DNA of 64,000 bases. Source: Candidatus Multivoradales bacterium. Lineage in GTDB: Bacteria > Acidobacteriota > Thermoanaerobaculia > Multivoradales > J023. The stretch spans positions 4,960,001-5,024,000 of the forward strand of contig CBDFLE010000006.1 in NCBI GenBank assembly GCA_965248925.1, written 5' to 3'. Positions 61,598-64,000 of this stretch are shown one piece after another (the first letter of the stretch is position 1; each line of letters starts with the position of its first letter). Below the pieces are notes generated by a model. That model ran no database searches. It saw only the letters and a program-made list of their open reading frames with translations, and had not been told where the DNA came from. A program made the translations under genes and the position numbers.

Positions 61598-64000
61598 CAG
61601 ACCTCCTGACCTACCCCTCCTAACCCTCTGAAAACACAGGACCGCCCCTCAGAGGTGGTGCGGACCCAAAACTGTCCGCTTTTTTCGGTGCCGAGGCATG
61701 ATCGAGCATGGCACTGACGAGCGAGCACACCGTCCTGTTCCCAGACCACGCCGGGGTCCCCGATGGGGTTGTGGTGATCAACGACCGCTGCCGCCTCCAG
61801 CAGAGGGGCGGCTATCGGGTGGTGGTGGTCAGCGGCATGCCGCTCGCTCACTTCGCTGCCGGCGACAGGACAGGCGAGGCCCACGCGATGGTGAGTCTCG
61901 TTGAATTGGGCTGGGCACAGCAACGCGAGGTGGCCCTTGCGTTCGCTTGTGATGTGCGGACTGTGCGCCGGAATCAGCGCCGCTTCGAAGAAGGTGGGCT
62001 GGCTGCTCTGGGCCGGCCGCGCGGTTTTCCCCGGGGTCAGTCTCGGGTAGCGCAGGGCCGCCTGGACGCGGTCAACGGCTGGAAGGCCGAGGGTGTGTCG
62101 AATCGCGAGATTGGCCGGCGGCTGGGCATCGATGAGAAGGCCGTTCGCAAGCTCGCCAAGCGCCTGGGCTGGAAAGAGCGGTCGGTAGTGCAGATGACGA
62201 TGCCCTTCGAGAGTGCGGACCCAAAACTGTCCGCCTCTGATGAGCAGCAGGTCGACGGCCCCCTGAAAACTGCGGATCTTGCGCTCGACGCTGAGGGTGG
62301 CGGTGACCCAGCGGCTGCGGACCCAAAACTGTCCGCTTCTGCGTCCGAGCAAGATCAGGTTCCCCTCTCGCTGGACCTCGATCCAGCGGATCGCGCCAGC
62401 GATCGGCTGCTGGCGAGGCTGGGATTCCTCGATGATGCGGCGCCGATCTTCGGAGCGGCGACCCAGCTACCGGGCGCCGGTGCTCTGCTGGCGATTCCCG
62501 CCCTGGTGGACAGCGGCGTGCTCTCCATCGCGCAGGAGCTGTACGGCAGCATCGGGCCGGCCTTCTATGGGCTGCGCACCACTCTGGTAACCCTGCTGCT
62601 GATGGCACTGTTGCGGGTCAAGCGACCCGAAGGGCTCAAGGAGCGCTCACCCCGGCATTTGGGTCAGCTTCTCGGGCTCGACCGAGCGCCGGAAGTGAAA
62701 ACCTTGCGCAACAAGCTCGCTCGGCTGGCCGCGCATGGCCTGGCCGCGGATCTCGGTCGCGCCCTCGCTCAGCGCCGGGTCGCCACCAGGGGCCATGCCA
62801 TGGGCTTCCTCTACGTGGACGGGCATGTGCGCGCCTACCACGGTGGCCGAGAGATTCCCAAGACACACGTAGCGCGGATGCGGATCGCGATGCCGGCCAC
62901 CACCGACTACTGGGTCAACGATGCTGAGAGCGAGCCTCTCTTCGTGGTCCCCACCGAGGCCAACAAGGGGCTTGCGACGATGCTTCCCCTCATTCTCGAA
63001 GAGGTACGAAAGCTACTCGGAGACCGGCGAGTCACCGTCGTCTTCGACCGTGGGGGTTGGAGCCCGAAGCTGTTTGCGAAGCTCATCGCCAAGAAGTTCG
63101 ACATCCTCACATACCGAAAGGCCCCCTTTCGTCCGGTGCCGTTGAGCAAGTTCGGGCAGATCAAGGACACGATCCACGGGCGGAAGCTCGAGTACCTCCT
63201 CGCCGATCAGCGTATCTACCTCGAGTATGGCCCGAGGAAGAAGCGCAAGCGGCTGTACCTGCGCCAGGTCACCCGCCTCTGCGACAACGGCCACCAGACG
63301 TCCATCATCACCTCCCGCCGCGACCTCTCCACACTCGAGGTCGCCTACCGCATGTTCGATCGTTGGAGGCAAGAGAACTTCTTCAAATACCTGCGCGAAG
63401 AATTCGCACTCGATGCCCTGGTGGACTATGGCACCGAGCCAGCGGACGCCGCCCGCGATGTGCCGAATCCCGAGCGCGGCAAGATCAATGCAGAGCTGCG
63501 CAAAGCTCACGCACATCTCGAGCAGCTCCGGGCCCACATCGGGATCGCTGCTCTTGAAAACCGCGAGGATCGGCGGCGCACGATGCGCGGATTCAAGATC
63601 GCCAACGCCGCCATCTCCGCCAGGGTCCGGGCAGCGATAGAGCAGATCACCGAACTCGAGAACCAGCGCGCGACCCTCCCCGTCCGCGTCCCCGTCCAAG
63701 AGGTCGTCGAAGCGGATGTCATCAAGCTGTCCGTCGAGCGCAAGCACCTCACCGATATTCTCAAGATGGTCGCCTACCAGGCCGAAGGTGATCTTCTCCG
63801 GCTCCTATCACCCCACTACCGCCGCACCGAGCAGGAGGGACGCACCCTGATCCAAAGCGCTTTCGCGGCCGGCGGCGATATGGAGGTTACCGACACCGTG
63901 CTGCTCCTTTCCATCGACCCGCTCAGCTCTCCCCACAAGACGGCGGCGATCGCCGCCGTCTGCGAAGAACTCAACGCTACCGCCACCCACTTCCCCGGCA
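61598..64000 (+). mobile_element. Second copy of the 2529-bp IS, cut by the window end
   Basis: Near-identical to 24203 onward (offset 37395), preceded by GACTC; at least two synonymous differences seen. Confidence 0.97.
61708..64000 (+). CDS. DDE transposase, copy 2 (3'-truncated by window)
   Basis: Same ORF as 24313-26706. Confidence 0.93.
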   Translation, partial: MALTSEHTVLFPDHAGVPDGVVVINDRCRLQQRGGYRVVVVSGMPLAHFAAGDRTGEAHAMVSLVELGWAQQREVALAFACDVRTVRRNQRRFEEGGLAALGRPRGFPRGQSRVAQGRLDAVNGWKAEGVSNREIGRRLGIDEKAVRKLAKRLGWKERSVVQMTMPFESADPKLSASDEQQVDGPLKTADLALDAEGGGDPAAADPKLSASASEQDQVPLSLDLDPADRASDRLLARLGFLDDAAPIFGAATQLPGAGALLAIPALVDSGVLSIAQELYGSIGPAFYGLRTTLVTLLLMALLRVKRPEGLKERSPRHLGQLLGLDRAPEVKTLRNKLARLAAHGLAADLGRALAQRRVATRGHAMGFLYVDGHVRAYHGGREIPKTHVARMRIAMPATTDYWVNDAESEPLFVVPTEANKGLATMLPLILEEVRKLLGDRRVTVVFDRGGWSPKLFAKLIAKKFDILTYRKAPFRPVPLSKFGQIKDTIHGRKLEYLLADQRIYLEYGPRKKRKRLYLRQVTRLCDNGHQTSIITSRRDLSTLEVAYRMFDRWRQENFFKYLREEFALDALVDYGTEPADAARDVPNPERGKINAELRKAHAHLEQLRAHIGIAALENREDRRRTMRGFKIANAAISARVRAAIEQITELENQRATLPVRVPVQEVVEADVIKLSVERKHLTDILKMVAYQAEGDLLRLLSPHYRRTEQEGRTLIQSAFAAGGDMEVTDTVLLLSIDPLSSPHKTAAIAAVCEELNATATHFPG

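Noticed and set aside
24203-64000. Composite transposon formed by the two IS copies carrying the paa and multiheme operons
   Set aside because: Copy 1 has its own perfect GATTC duplication and copy 2 a different left flank, indicating independent insertions.
1-64000. rRNA, tRNA, CRISPR arrays, prophage or integrase genes
   Set aside because: None recognised by eye; short structured RNAs could have been missed without a covariance search.

Overview
GC-rich bacterial chromosomal window. The mix of ECF sigma/anti-sigma/CHAT cluster, ASPIC/UnbV protein and VWA-like TPR protein suggests an Acidobacteriota-like host, which is inference. From left to right: lpxC and recQ; small transport/detox genes; an M20 amidohydrolase; an ASPIC/UnbV protein; an ECF sigma / frameshifted anti-sigma / TPR-CHAT protease / membrane Ser/Thr kinase cluster; a fused IOR-family 2-oxoacid:ferredoxin oxidoreductase; a decayed mobile patch at 22.1-28 kb (IS21 and ABC-transporter fragments, Hint domain, intact 2529-bp IS with 5-bp target duplication, RelE-type TA, IS256 remnant); a phenylacetyl-CoA (paa) cluster with PaaX and two visible operators but no paaK; a kinase-TM-caspase fusion; a second decayed patch at 42-46.6 kb (three TA modules, IS256, UvrD fragment, attC-like hairpins, a 121-bp duplicate of a gene 3' end); a 13.5-kb eight-gene minus-strand operon; then a vapBC and a second IS copy running off the window. 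The operon is the best candidate for an undescribed system. It encodes a pentaheme cytochrome, an outer-membrane beta-barrel, a dodecaheme cytochrome, a tandem cNMP-domain/4x[4Fe-4S] protein, a His-containing membrane protein, a decaheme cytochrome, a double-FHA protein and an FAD/NAD(P)H oxidoreductase-FHA-FHA-[2Fe-2S] fusion. It looks like a whole-envelope electron conduit with built-in ligand- and phosphothreonine-sensing domains. All calls come from motif reading by eye; no searches were run.
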